Shown in pieces: positions 63,782 to 64,000 of a stretch of 64,000 nt of DNA. Positions within the stretch are counted from its first letter, which is position 1; each line of letters opens with the position of its first letter. Source of the stretch: Phaeosaccion multiseriatum (lineage: Eukaryota; Protista; Ochrophyta, other classes). The position numbers and the translations under genes are program-made. The stretch covers positions 992,001 to 1,056,000 of the forward strand of contig OZ218953.1 in the NCBI GenBank assembly GCA_965112735.1, in the 5' to 3' direction. The notes under the pieces are model-generated. The model was not told the DNA's origin. It saw nothing but the letters and a program-made list of their open reading frames with translations, and searched no databases.

Positions 63782-64000
63782 TGTGTATGTGTGTGTGAGT
63801 GTGTGTATGTGTGTGTGTGTGTTCGTGGTTGGGTGGGAGGACGAGAAATCTGCGGACACGGTTGTCTGTAACCTCCTCCACCCAACCCCCCCCCCGCGCT
63901 CCTCCCTCACCCCTACCCCTCCCCCATCTCCCCCCCCCCCCTCCCTTCCCTTCCCCTCCCCTCACTCCCTCCCCCCCGTCGACAACCAAACTATACACAA

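Noticed and set aside
1-64000. tRNA, rRNA, transposase or reverse-transcriptase genes
   Set aside because: None recognised by eye; a covariance-model or HMM search would be needed to exclude small RNAs

Overview
Intron-rich, GC-rich eukaryotic nuclear DNA. It is probably an ochrophyte stramenopile near the brown algae; this is inferred from gene content and was not confirmed. Splicing by eye (GT/GC-AG) gives nine protein-coding genes: 5'-truncated CFAP54 (+), DMC1 (+, 11 exons), a large signal-peptide/mucin-stalk/multi-pass membrane protein (-), an EF-hand protein (+), an SMYD methyltransferase (+), a Ser-rich orphan (-), a VOC-fold methylmalonyl-CoA-epimerase-like enzyme (+), an SGNH/PC-esterase-like protein with four CBM4/9 modules (+), and 3'-truncated DEPDC5/IML1 (+). 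A decayed partial DMC1 duplicate follows DMC1. Most ORFs in the supplied track are microsatellite artefacts. The most unusual signal is a non-microsatellite 15-mer, CAGTTGGTGATACAG, with at least 15 copies within one mismatch. It lies in exons of unrelated genes, where it is read in different frames (QLVIQ and VGDT), and inverted in introns. Other signals: further dispersed short motifs, a small GATAGC-rich MITE-like family, polarised and often self-complementary intron microsatellites, and GC-AG introns copied along with a tandem CBM unit.
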